Positions 22,644-35,039 of a stretch of 64,000 nucleotides of DNA are shown here, one piece after another. The stretch's first letter is position 1. Each line of letters opens with the position of its first letter. The notes beneath the pieces are model-generated. The model had not been told where the DNA came from. It saw only the letters and a list, made by a program, of their open reading frames with translations, and did not search any database. This DNA comes from Hydrolagus affinis (Eukaryota), in NCBI GenBank assembly GCA_012026655.1, contig JAAILG010000938.1, positions 1-64,000 of the forward strand, read 5' to 3'. The position numbers were made by a program, and so were the translations under genes.

Positions 22644-25600
22644 TGTACAAGCTGAGGAAGAACAATATTTTCTAAAGCAAATGTACTCATCAGAGAAATA
22701 GCCATTACTCACTATTCTTTCTCAGGCTATCTCTCTCTCTTTCCACCTTGTCCAGTCATTTGCTTTCAATCTTCCCGATGCTTCGAGTGAAAGACTGAGG
22801 ACTTAAATAATCAGCGTAAGAATCCATGATCAGGATAGTGTGTTTGGGAAACACCAAAAGTTTTGAGCTGCAACATTACTTTTCTCATCTGGGTTATCCC
22901 TCCTCTTTTGACTTTCCCATCACTTATTAGTGAAGTGAATCTGAACATTGGCAGCGGTTGAGTTCATTAGTATGTGTTTATCACACACACTTGGCATAAA
23001 TTACCAATCAGGCAACAATACATGCAATGTTGGTAAGTGCTGTGGTTGAAGGAGGTGTTAGAGGAGGAGGCACAGCCTTTCAACCCTGGCTAAGTGACAT
23101 TTTTGATTTCCTGTCACCTGGACCAAGTGGATAATGGAAGGAATAATAAAGATCGGGGGCTGCTCTACAGTTTCCCCCTGATTTGAGCAGTAAAGGTGTT
23201 TTCAATCATTCTCACTTTGTTCAGTGAGCTTACTTGCAATTCAGGGCTCATTGCAGTTTGTGCGTTTAAGAAAATTGCACTTGAGTGATAAATATACACT
23301 AAAGGTAACAGGCCATGAAACATGTGTGTCTTGTGCTGAGCATGACAGTCTGAACTGTAGAGTCTGCTTCTAAATCTCTTCCGAATCTGTCACTGTATTT
23401 TTTTTCAGTCCCTTTGATTCATCATCTTTCAGTCACAGCCTTACCTCTCCTGCCACACCACAATGTGAGGCACGTCAAAGAATACAAAGCCTTCCTTGTC
23501 CCAGGTGGACATTAACATGGAGCTGTCATAATCCCAGGGAACATTACAAAGGGCTGTACACCCCGCGTATCAATTTTATTCTGCATTCTCCTTGAAATGT
23601 AATTACCATTCACGTTTCTGAATTATGCAGCAAATGCCTTTATGCTTCAACAGCAGTTGCTGAGTGCAGCCTTGCTCTGTGATGCTCTTCCCTTCACTAC
23701 CTAATCCTTCCCCCCACCCCACCCGCCACCAACCTCCTTCCCACAGCAAGGTGTTCCTGAAGGTAACAGTTTATAAATAAATCTCTGTGATTTCCATGCC
23801 TGTGTGTAATGAATTGCTCAGTGTGGGCCGAGATAGTGGCAGTAGCACCATGAAAAACAAAACAAGCCTGTTCAGCGTAGCAACCACTGCATTAGTCTTC
23901 CTGTAAGATTAATGTAATGTGATTTCTAAAAGCCTTGCACAGAAACAGTGGGAATAAAATTCTCATTTCCTGGACAACACTGCGGTGATACTGCACACAA
24001 AGCATTTTCAACCAATTATTATGACCTAAAATAACCACCTACATTTGCAATTATTTTTAAAAGATAAAATCACATCAGTGTTACAATAAAATAGAGCACA
24101 CCCTGGTTCTTGAAGTCTAACTCTTGTGAGGCTAATCGGGTCATTGTCATGACATTTTGTGAATTATCCAGTCATCTTGACTTGCAATCATGTTTGTCAC
24201 ATCTCACTACCGATTGTGGTACATCCTCGGCATATTCCTCCCTTTCTCTGATCTTGTCTCATCCCACTCTTCTGCTCGCCGCTCTGTTAGGCTAACTCAG
24301 GGCTGCTGTGCTTCCTCAGTATCACCATTGGTGGCTGAGCATTCAGCTATTATGCCCCCAACCTCAGGAACTCCATTTGTCTATCCCTCTGTTTCCCAAC
24401 CATTTGCTCAGAAGTGAGACTAGTTCCATCTGAACCAAGCTCATGGCAATGGTCAATGGCAGTCGGTGTGTGTGACTTGTACATGATTAGAATAAGATAT
24501 TTTGAATATTGCCAAAGATTAACCCTAAGAATGCCAAAGATTTAATATTGTATTTTATGAGCTGTTGACAGCAACTTCACGTTGACTTGACAATATTCAA
24601 TAAATATCAATAATCACACCTGGATTATTTTCCTCACCAATATCTGTTAATGGACGCCTCTTCACTCTGTGCATATGTTTATGATTCCTGTACCAATATC
24701 ATCTTACATTTATACACATTAAAATCCATCTGCCACTGGTTGGCCCATCTGCTTAAATGGTCCAGATGTTCCTGCTATTTATTCTTCATACCTTCGTCCC
24801 TTTCCTGCATTGTTGTCAATAAATTTTATTTCGCAGGAAAGTGCTCCCTCCAAGATATTTATGAATAGATTGAACATACTTCCTATTAAATCTGATTAGA
24901 AACTAAACTACATTGAAATTAAAATCAATTACAATATATCATTTGCTCATCTTTCTACAAACAGAATAAACAACAGGAAACAGTGGAATGGCCAGTTGAT
25001 TTAACATAGAAATATAGAAATGTGCAGGACAGATCACTTTTCTATTGAACACATTAAATTTTGTCTCTGCCAAACAGATATGTAATTTCCTCTTGAATAT
25101 GAGAGAAATAGGATTTAATTAGCTTTTTCAAACTTTTACTTTGGAATTCAGTTGTCCTCATTCAGACTCACTATTCTCCAATGTGGAATTAGATATGAAA
25201 TCTGGAAAGTATGCAGTCACTACTCTTTACATGGATTTACACTGTGAAACACATTGAGACATTCTCCCGACATGAACAATGACATACCAAATGTACTATT
25301 TTCATTATTTTATTCACTTCATGCTGTTTTCAGCACATAGCTGTACACAAATTGGTTATTGCGTTCTCCTACAAATACACAGTCACTGACACATTACAGA
25401 AAATCAAGTGATGTGCTTTGTGAAGTTCTCCTAGTGTCATGGGTGTTTTTAATCTTTTAATAGAATGACCACTTATTTTAGTTAATGCACAATTTTCATC
25501 ATTATATATATGTAGTAAACCCAATTTGGAAGATCTTGCAGAATAACTGTCTGGTTTGAATATCAGGTTGGAGTTTAATTTAATTTAAAAAGCTTTACCT

Positions 25601-26924
25601 TAATTCAATTTAAAATTTGTATATGTATTGGTTGGAAAAAGAAGCTCTACGTTCGCTTCCTATTTTACAATATTACTGTATTTCTTAATGGGTTTCCTAA
25701 TTGAAAAATCATAGTCAGGATTCCTTCCAGCAATTGGAAATATGTCATACAGATCACTGTGACGTGAAGGAACTCCACTCTGAAAATACATTGAGTTGGA
25801 GAAATGTAATGTAAGTTGAAGTCATGGATCACTTGATTTCTAAAGAAATCTGTTAAGCGATGCAGTTTTAGCTGGTTAAGCTCCAGCAGCACTCCTAGCA
25901 CACACCCTGGAGTCCTCAAGCCTTGGTTCTTGCCAAACTGCACTTAATACTATTAGAATTAAGTAAGCGAGGTTCATTTCCTTGAGGAGAGAGCACGCAT
26001 TTCAATTCTGACACAGCGAAATTTCCATATGTAGGTGGCATACATATTTGGAACAGTCAGTGTGGTTTGGATACTCTTAAGCATGGTAATGGGTTTCTAA
26101 GTGTATCAGACATGTGGTCAGACAGCTGACCTGTTAGGAAATACCACAAAACTGTCCTCCAAGATTCTTGATATAAAAACGCATTCACAATTCTCATCAA
26201 CTCTAAATTGCAGTATAAGACTCACTCAATAAACTGTAAATAAATCTTCATTATTCCAAATCATTCCCAGTGTGAACATGTGCACAAGGGAGAAAAGAAG
26301 GAAACCAAGGTTATCATCTCTACAAATTAAGTCTGAGAGTATTTCTTTTGAAAAAATATAAATCATACGCAACATATTCTCATAGCTTTTTCCAATTGAA
26401 CATTTCAAATGGAAATTTAGAGCTGGATTCTGGAGCAACATTCATGCATATTGAACCTTGTGCCAAAGACTGCAGATCTTCTTTTACAGCTTGTCAATTT
26501 TAGGTCAATTCAGGTTAATTTCGTATATTTAAATGTGCCAAGCCCTCTCTGTGCACTTATTAACTCCACCGCTCAGTATGTAGATTGCAACATCAACAAT
26601 CTTGTTAAAGAGGGAAACATGACGAAATTGAGCTAATTATAGTGATTCAAACAGTGGTCAATTTATCTTGATGGTAGCATTCGAGAAACCAAGGACAGTG
26701 ATACTTATACTCCTTAGCTACTGTATATTATTAAAATCCCATTAAGGATGTGGAATTTGGTTTGACACTCGTGAGTACTGGGGCATTACACTTTTGAGTG
26801 TAAGGACTTGGACAATTTAACTCTTGTTTGCAACAAAAGATACTAACTTTTTATTTTATGATTTTTTTCCTTTTGAATCCTGGGAGACAATTAAATGACT
26901 CAATTGCTTCTAAGACTCTTTCTT

Positions 26925-26988
26925 CCAGCGCCTTGGGAGGTCCTCCTAACATGAAAGGTGCTATACAAATGTAATTTTGTTGTTGTAA
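26925..26988 (+). mobile_element. Isolated L2 tail (left arm of an inverted duplication)
   Basis: cagcgccttgggaggtcctcctaacatgaaaggtgctatacaaatgtaattttgttgttg. Confidence 0.8.
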
Positions 26989-27011
26989 GTTTGTGGTTCA
27001 AACCCTATATC

Positions 27012-27301
27012 AATAATAATAATAATAATCCTTGCACTTGATATAGGGCTTTCCATGTCTTCTAGACATCTCAAAGCACTTCACAGAATATACTGTCAAG
27101 TGAATTGACTATATATTTGTAGGTGAAACGCTCAGCCAATTGCGTCATGGATTGAGTGACCAAATTATTATTATTTTTTGGAGGGATTATTATTAGGTGT
27201 GTGGAGCAAAGAAACTTGGCCAAGGTTTGCCCTGCAAGGAATCGAATCTAGGTTTATCGCTTGCAAGGCAAGTGCTCTAACCACAGAGCTGCAGGACTCC
27301 A
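27012..27301 (-). mobile_element. Young SINE, short variant
   Basis: Head and tail present, small internal deletion. Confidence 0.9.
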
Positions 27302-27409
27302 CTTACATTTGTATAGTGCCTTTCACGTTGGGAGGACATCCCAAGAAGAAAGAGATGTGCTGGAAGAAATAGAAGCATGAGTCCTACCAATTGAGTCATT
27401 TAACTGCAC

Positions 27410-27700
27410 TCAAACCAATGCTCTATGTCAAGACTTTGTGCTTATAATCAAGGCTGATACTGGCTGAAACTCTGAAGCAGTGTTGTGCTATGCTGCTTTG
27501 TCAAAGATGCCAGAAGAGTTATTATATCAATATCAGGTTAAGCATCCCAAGGTACTAATTGAAAACAGATGGGGGTTTCACCCGATATCCTGGCCAACAA
27601 TCATATGGATAGAATTGACCATTCACTTCCTAACTATTTGTGGGCTGTGCACAAAATGTTTGCCGCATTGCCTATAAATAAGGCCACTACAGTTTACAGA
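27410..27700 (+). mobile_element. Old Deu-SINE body
   Basis: ataatcaaggctgatact...gcatcccaaggtactaattgaaaacagatggggg...tcctggccaaca...gctgtgcacaaaatgtttgccgc. Confidence 0.6.
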
Positions 27701-27754
27701 ACAAAAAATTAGCAACACTATATCATGTGCAAAAATTATTATTACAATTTAGGC

Positions 27755-27975
27755 AACAGCCGCCCTCCAGTACTTCGCCCAAGTGACCATTCTTATTGCA
27801 TGAGACCAGGCAGTCAGAAGAGGGACAGAAGAAAAGACTGTTCAACTATGGAAAGCATCACAGCTGATCTCAATCCTGTCCTCACCCAAAATCAGTACGC
27901 TTTCCATGAAGCACCCCTGCAAAGATACCATCAGAAGGGGAAATCCTGATTGATTATTTCCTCCCTAGCCCAATG
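27755..27975 (-). repeat. Ancient dispersed repeat, family X
   Basis: Reverse complement gggtgaggacaggattgagatcagctgtgatg...aagaatggtcacttgggcgaagtactggagggcggc. Confidence 0.6.
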
Positions 27976-28057
27976 TTTATAAATTCTTTTATATAATCCT
28001 TCAAATCCCAATTGCAGCTCTGACATTTCAGCCCTCAAGAAAATCATAGAATCTTAC

Positions 28058-28905
28058 AACAACAATTTACATTTGTATAGTGTAATTGGAGGAGAGGATG
28101 GGCAATGATAACAACAACAACAAAATTATACTTGTACAGCGCCTTTCACGTCAGAGGACGTCCCAAGGCGCTGGCAAAGCATAAGAGGGTGGACAAAGGA
28201 GTCGGTTGGTGGTGGAGAAGAGGAGCCTGGGGATCATCTTGGAATAGAAGGATGATTTAGTGGAGGCAAGGGCAGAGCAGCAAGTTTCAATGTGGTCTAG
28301 CCAGATCTACTACCTGACTGTTAAATTAAATTTGAGGCAGGTGCATGCTGTAGCACACACCTGTGCCTGGAGGGAGTGGAGATGGCTGGTGTACCCGGAT
28401 GACTTGCATGAGTAGGAGGTGGTTCACGAGGTGAAGTAGGCAAGGGCATCAAAATTAGTGGAGAGGGAGTTGTGGAGGATAAATCAACACAGGAAGAAGC
28501 CTAGAGAGGTAGGAGTTCAAATGACTCCAATGCAGCAGAGAGGACATGAAGGTCGGGGAGATTTTTTCCAGGAGAAGATGGAGGTGGGATGGGTGGTGGT
28601 GGTGGGGAGAGGGACGGAAAAGTTAAGGGAGATGAACTAATGGTCCAAGATGCTTTGTTAGTGATGGTAATGTCTGAGACACTGAGGCCCCAGGTAATCA
28701 CCAGGTCAAATGGGTGAACTTGGGTGGCAGAGTGGATGTGGAGCAACAGGTTGTCAGAGGAGAGGAGGGAGGAGGAAGGAGAAGTCAGCGGAGATAGAGC
28801 AAGAGGGGGTAAAGTGCAGGTTGAATCCACCTTGGATGAGGAGGCATTCAGAGCAGAGACAGAGGGAAGCTAGAAGGGTGGAGATGTCAGCGAGGAAGGT
28901 GGGGA
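28058..28905 (-). mobile_element. L2 endonuclease-region remnant with L2 tails
   Basis: Tails at 28058 and 28110-28175; minus-strand translation includes HPFDLVITWGL (ORF 28501..28830); C-rich minus strand. Confidence 0.65.
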
Positions 28906-29130
28906 CGATTTTTTTAAAGAGCTACCAACTGGTACCACTCCCTCACTCTTATCTCATAGTCCTGCAAATTTTTCTTTTTAAGTACCTATCCAATTTCCTT
29001 TTGAAAGCTACTATTGAATTTACTTCCATCACTCTCTCAGGCAATGCATTCCAGACAATAACAAGTTTCAGGTTTAAAAAAAAATTCTCCTCGACTCCCC
29101 TTTGGTTCTTTTGCCAATTGTCTGAAATCT

Positions 29131-29700
29131 GCTGTTTTTCTTGGAACATATATATTTCTTATGACTTAAACCCAAAACAAAATGCAACAACTCCGCACAC
29201 AGGTGGTGCCCACATTTTTTGGGCATCGCTCCCTTTAAAACAGTTGGGAGTCGTCCCTGTGTGCACCACAACCATGTGCGCGCCTCCGCACACCCAGATG
29301 AGTTTACCCATGGGGAAGGCCTCTCAATGTGCACCGTACATATTGTACATACATTTTCCAGACATTTTAGTTACACGTCGAGCGTCCTTCTGTATCTTTA
29401 CGCTATTTTATGCTTTGGGACGTCCTCTCGACGTGAAAGGCGCTATATAAATGTAAGTTTTGATTGATTGATATTTTACAACCATTTTGGGTGTGCTCGT
29501 GGGCTACCCGGTGGGTGGGCCCTGAGCGGTTTGCACAGGAGCGTCTCCTGCCGGGGTCAATCCCCATCTGGCCTTTGCCACGTTTGATCCGAACTTCAGC
29601 TTGTCACTTAGTACATAGTCCCTGATCCTAGTGTGCGTGGGCCGTACAAGCTCTCACATTTCCCTCGTTCTGCCAGAAGAGCACCTGGTTTCAGGAATAC
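29131..29700 (-). mobile_element. Tx1/L1-clade LINE 3' end (ORF2 C-terminus, 3' UTR, short A-rich tail)
   Basis: Minus strand 29695-29565 reads NQVLFWQNEGNVRACTAHAH/RIRDYVLSDKLKFGSNVAKARWG, like the Tx1-type ORF2 end (DYVLRD.LKLG...AKA.WG); CpG-rich; contains an L2-type tail with (TGAT)n at 29411-29472. Confidence 0.75.
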
Positions 29701-31784
29701 CGTGTCCTCTGGTTACTGGCCCACCTGCCAGAAGAAACAGTTTCTCCCTGTCTCTCTAATCAAACCATCAATGGATTACCTTTTCACTACTGTATTTAGA
29801 TGCATCCATCTACCTGTGGTAGAAATGAAATGTGTCATGTGTGTTTTATTATGTTCTCTCCATAAAATACACTTGCACTATACTTGCTGCATGTGGGAAC
29901 ATGTCATGTGTTGTGACTGATTAAGTAGCCATTGTGTCAAAATGACTTCCTCAGGGAGATTTTAAATCAATCTAAGCAGCTTTTATAAAATTATTAATTT
30001 GCATTGATATATAAATTAAACCATTATAAGTACATAAAACAGATTTAACAGCATACATTGACTGAACATTGTGCAGTGTTTCAAATATACCGTTAGACTA
30101 TAATATCGGTCTAAAATATTCAATAATAATACATTACATTTTAAACGATAAAATACAAGAAAATTGTAATTTGTATAGCAATTTAGGTTGAACTGTCTCA
30201 AAGTGCTTTACAGCAATTGCAGCCAAGTGTAGTGACTGTTTGGGGGTAAATGTAGAATTATGGGAAGACACTCAATCATTGTTAAGTTTATCAACCTTGG
30301 CAGATGAGGCCATCTAAGTCTTCAATACTTGGTACATTTACCAACGTTGGTGGTGTGAGCTTATCCCATTAGAAGCTCTCCCTGGCAAGGTCAGTAAATA
30401 TATCCTATATCTGCAGTGATCAGATTAGCAACGCTTGGCAGTCTTCAATCAATGTTATATGAGCTCAACTTTTAACTGTCATTAGCATGACTGATATTTT
30501 ATAGGAACCAGAGTCCATACTATTAAAATAATAGCCAATGGAGACAATTTAAAAGGCTGGAATCTAATTGTAATGATCAGATGATGACTATAAACTATTC
30601 TTACTTGGATTTAGCATTTTATTATATATTTTACTCTTTTTACTAAATGCTTAATAATCCTTACTACCATATGTTGCAGAATGGCTGTGAGACTTATCCT
30701 TTGGTATATTTCTGACATGGGAGTTTGACAGCAGTAAAGGGGAGCAAACACAGGTTATTTAGCCTTTGCCCTTGTCAAGACACTCTTTATCAAAGACAAA
30801 CGTGCAGAATTGAATAAGCTGTTAGAATGGCGAGAGCAAAGACCAGGCAGCATTCTGTCCACATAAATTCAGGCTAGCATTCCTCTGTTTGTTATCAATG
30901 ACCAAAGAGTCCATGTAAAAACGTTCATTTTCAGAGAACGTAAACAAAGTCACACTGCGCCCTGGAATTCTGAAATATCAAGTAGGAGAAATGGAATTTT
31001 GTAAGCGTTAACAAAATCGTAAGACAGACACACTGTGATAAAGAGGTGAAAAATGCGACATCTCACAAGCAATTTGCTGTGATAATTATGCCTTGGTATG
31101 AATGGTTGAGCCTGAAGTAATCTCTTATCTGCTGCTGCTCAGGATCACAGAACTCGGCCAGCTAAATTTTGGATACTGACTTAATTCAATTGGCATTGTG
31201 TTAAGCAACGCTCAAATAATACAAGACTTCCTCTCTAATGAGTCTTAGCAACGCCTTATATAGCCTGTTTCCTCTGTTATTATTGAAGACTTTAACTCTG
31301 ATGTCTGAGGAGTGGAAGAGTAAAACTAAACACAACAAATCATTCACTAAGATTATCTCTTGGAATTCTGCTCCATTTTATGCTCCAGTTTATGTTACTC
31401 TAACATGCGGATCTTAGAATATAAAGATTCTGAAGTATAACATAAACTTACCAGGACATAGTGTAGACAAACCTTTCCCTCCCTCAATGTCAATGATGGT
31501 GAAAAAGGATTTTGTATTCGATTGATTTCCAGGATATGGGCTTTTTACCCCAACATCACTGAAAGTAGCTGGCACAACATAACTTCCATTATTTTTATAT
31601 TTATTTTTCAAACACGTGAAACTAGTAACAATGGGACTCCATTCCAAGATACATTCCCAATTATAAATATCAGGAGTCACTTTAGGGGAGAGGATTCAGA
31701 GGGTCATCTAACCTGGTCATAATGATTTTATCCTTTAACCTCTTGTCCAATTACTATTCTGTTTACCTAGGAGTAACTCCCCAC

Positions 31785-31895
31785 TGTTCTACTCTCCTTC
31801 CCCCTGCCCCTACCCTCACCCTTGCCCCTGCTCGTGTCTCGACCTAACTGTTCAGTTAAGGGCGCTCTATAAATGTAATTTTGTTGTTGTTGTTT
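31785..31895 (+). mobile_element. L2 3' UTR and tail
   Basis: ctgttcag...gggcgctctataaatgtaattttg(ttg)n. Confidence 0.75.
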
Positions 31896-31898
31896 TTG

Positions 31899-32120
31899 TA
31901 AGTAGGAACTTGATTGTTAGTTGATTGGAGGATCGCTTTCCGGCGATAATAATACCTTAAAAAATATTTGTCACTCAATTTATGACTGTTTGTGGGACAC
32001 TTCTGTAGGCAATTGGCTATTGCAATTTGCACAAAAATTATACAGTCAATTGCTTTACAGTACATTCTCTGAAAAGCTTTGAGATATCTCGAAGATGGGA
32101 TAAGCCGCTTATTATTATTG
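31899..32120 (+). mobile_element. SINE long variant, headless and diverged
   Basis: taagtaggaacttg...gattggaggatcgctttccggcgataataat segment shared with the copies at 34556 and 45931. Confidence 0.7.
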
Positions 32121-32171
32121 AAATGTTTATTTTTATTATAAGCACTTTAAACGTCTTCCTGATGTGAAATA

Positions 32172-33130
32172 CCAACAACAACAGCATCCACAACAAAATT
32201 ACATTTGTACAGTACCTTTCACTTTGGGAGAAATCCAAAAGTGCTGGATAATCAATGTTTTAGAACCAAGCTGGGGGATGGGATCAGGGAAGGTTGGGAA
32301 CAGAAGGGAAAGAGGGTGATCAAAGAAGTGGTCAAAGAGGATGGTCTTGAGAAGGGTCTTGAAGGAGCGGGTGAGGTGGAGTGACTGTGGGTGGAGTTCA
32401 AGAATGTGGGTGCAAAATGACTGAAGGCCCCCACTGCCAATGGGGATATGAGGCATGGGTTGTGAGACAGGCCAGTGCCTGCTGAGCGGAGGGATCTGGC
32501 AGGTAGGTGGGAGTTAGAGATAGTAGGGAGCAAGGCCATGGAGAGCTTTGAAGGTGATGACCAGGATTTTGAACTTTATCCTCTGTGTGGTGGGAAGCCA
32601 GTGGAGTTGGGCAACAATAGTGGTGATAGTGTCATGGAGCTTGGTGCCCGAGAGGACATAGGCTGCAAAGTTCTGGATTATCTGCAGTCATTGGAGGGAA
32701 GAGTTGGTGAGGCCAACAATCAAGGAGTTTGCATAATCAATCCTGGATGTTATGAATGCGTTTATGAGGGTTTCGGCAGCCTTTGGTGTGAGACAATGGT
32801 GGAGTTGGGTGTCATCTGAGCACATATGGAAGTTGACCCCATGTCTGATGATGATGCCACCAAGAGGGAGCATATACAACAACAAAATTACCCTTGTGTA
32901 GCGCCTTTCACATCAGGAGGATGTCCCAAGGCACTTCAATATAAATATTGGACAGAGCCTTGAGGAACGCCGTATGAGATGGTCCAAGGGCTAGAGGAGA
33001 AAACATTTGGGGAGATAAAGTGGAGATGGTGTGAGAGGTAGGATATGAATCATTCAAGCATAGAGCTATGAAGGTTGAAGTGAGAGGAGAGGTAATAGAA
33101 GAGGATAGAGTGGTCAACGGTATTGAATGT
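32172..33130 (-). mobile_element. Two L2 fragments, including the RT C-terminal region
   Basis: LYMLPLGGIIIRHGVNFHMCSDDTQL...AETLINAFITSRIDYANSL (ORF 32688..32885); tails at 32175 and 32878. Confidence 0.85.
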
Positions 33131-33929
33131 AAGGATTATTATTATTGTTTGTCAGAAACAAAGCCATAAACGTGTCTGTCTCACATTAATATCATCTCCT
33201 TCCTAAGTATACAGGGTGTAGATTTAACACTACAGTAACAACAAATTGCATTTATATAGCGCCTATATAGGAGGATGTCCCAAGGCGCTGGAAAATTTAA
33301 GTGTGCAGCACATGAGTTCTACAGTGCCGTCTGGCTCTTCTACAGCTCGATCAGGATCGTGGGAGTTTCTGTCATTCTGTTATGGTGTCTGTGGGTTTAT
33401 CTTGTTGTGATAATAGCTAACAACACAAATACAAGATGGATTGCTGGGCAATGTGACACCAAGTCAGCTTCACCCGACACATAAAGTAGCTTCATTAGCC
33501 AGCCGGCCTCACTGCCCTGACAGGGTCAGAGTCCAAAAGCAAACAGTGGCCTAATTAGGCAATAATGAATGAGAAGGTGCACACACTCATTGCAGGATTT
33601 ACCACACCAGGGAATGTAGTGGCATAAGATTAAAGTGAATCAACCCTACAGTAGTGCACACCTCAGAACTGATTGTTCAGATACTTTTTAATAAGGTTTC
33701 AGAATTTATTTTCAGAGGCTCTCTGCGGATCTCTTGACTTCACTTCAATAGACCAGTAAAACAATCACAAACTGAAAGGGACCAGCAGCGATTATATTGG
33801 TTTCTAGCCTATTGCAATTCTACATTCCCCCCCACTACCATCAATAATTTAATCTCGGTTTCTGATTGAATTGTTATGCTGTCAATCACTTGTCTAACAT
33901 TTGGAGTCCACATGCTATATAATGATTGC

Positions 33930-34300
33930 AATGATATACTTCCTAACACAGAAATGTCTCAAACTGTTTTGTAAAGCGTAGTGACGGTATCTTTAGGAAA
34001 ACGCTGCAGCCAATTTGCACTCGGCAATGTCCCACAAATAGCCACAATTTTAGCAAGAAAATAGTTGACCGGTAGAAACTCCCTTCTCTTTTCAAATAGT
34101 GTCACGGGCTCTCAAACCACTTCATCAGGCAGATACGACCCCAGGTTAGCATCTCATCAAAAGGCACCTCCATTAATGTAGCTTTCTCCCAGTACTGCAT
34201 TGGAGTGTCAATCTAGTCTCAGAGCTCAAAGTCCCCAAGTGGGGCTTGAATCCACAACCTTCTGAGTTAACGGTAAGAGTGCCACCAACTGAGCCAGTGC
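33930..34300 (-). mobile_element. Old Deu-SINE (SacSINE1-like)
   Basis: Minus strand ggctcagttggtggcactcttacc...gttgtggattcaagccccac...tgacactccaatgcagtactgggag. Confidence 0.8.
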
Positions 34301-34555
34301 CACCAACTGCAGATGCTACAGTAAAATGTGTTTACTTCTGTATGTTTTTAGCCATTATCACTTGAACTTCAGGAAGCCCTATTTAATAATAGACGTGCAG
34401 ATTGATTTTAGATCATTGCAAGACCTGCATATTCGGGTCCAAAGTGCACTTCAAGTAATAACTCATTCAGCAATTGGTTCAATCTGCATTTTAGATCACA
34501 ATGTATAACACCATAAGATAACAAGCTGAATACTGTTGCCATTTGCATATTAAGA

Positions 34556-34912
34556 GGAGAGTGCCGAGGCTTATTGGTTAGAACACTCGCTTTGCAATCA
34601 AGAGGACCTGTGTTTGATCCACAGGCAGAGTGAAATGTTAGGAAAGTTTCTTAATCCTTATGCCTTTGTTTCCTGGCAGTAAGTAGGAACCCAGTTGTTG
34701 GTCGGTTGGTGCATAATTTTTCTGGGTGTAATAATCCAATCAATCAATCAATCAATCAAATAAACCTGGTTACTCAATCCACAACTGTTTGTGGGACACT
34801 GCTGCTGCATTTTGCCTGTAAAGTATACAGTCTACTCACTTTATGGTAAAGCTTTGAGATGTCTCACAGACGTAATAAGGTACTCTATCGAATACAGGAA
34901 TTATTGTAGTTG
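34556..34912 (+). mobile_element. tRNA-SINE, long variant (extended CORE-like segment) with internal (TCAA)n
   Basis: tRNA head, then tgcctttgtttcctggcagtaagtaggaacccag, then Deu-like body and tail. Confidence 0.8.
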
Positions 34913-35039
34913 TAAGTGACTGGTACAACATACCAGGAATAAAGTAATATGACAAGATAGAATTTCTTTACCAAACCAGCATTTAAACGCTTTATGCTTT
35001 TGCCACCTAATGCATGTCAGTATAGAGGGACAAACTAAT

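Larger units (their letters stand above)
28041..29775 (-). mobile_element. CR1 3' fragment in three pieces (28041-28057, 28905-29130, 29701-29775) hosting L2 and Tx1 insertions
   Basis: VIVWNALPERVMEVNSIVAFKRKLDRYL (ORF 28949..29149); aaatctg|...|tgtcctctggttac rejoins across the insert. Confidence 0.75.

Noticed and set aside
28710-29450. 246-aa plus-strand ORF
   Set aside because: Antisense read-through across L2, CR1 and Tx1 pieces
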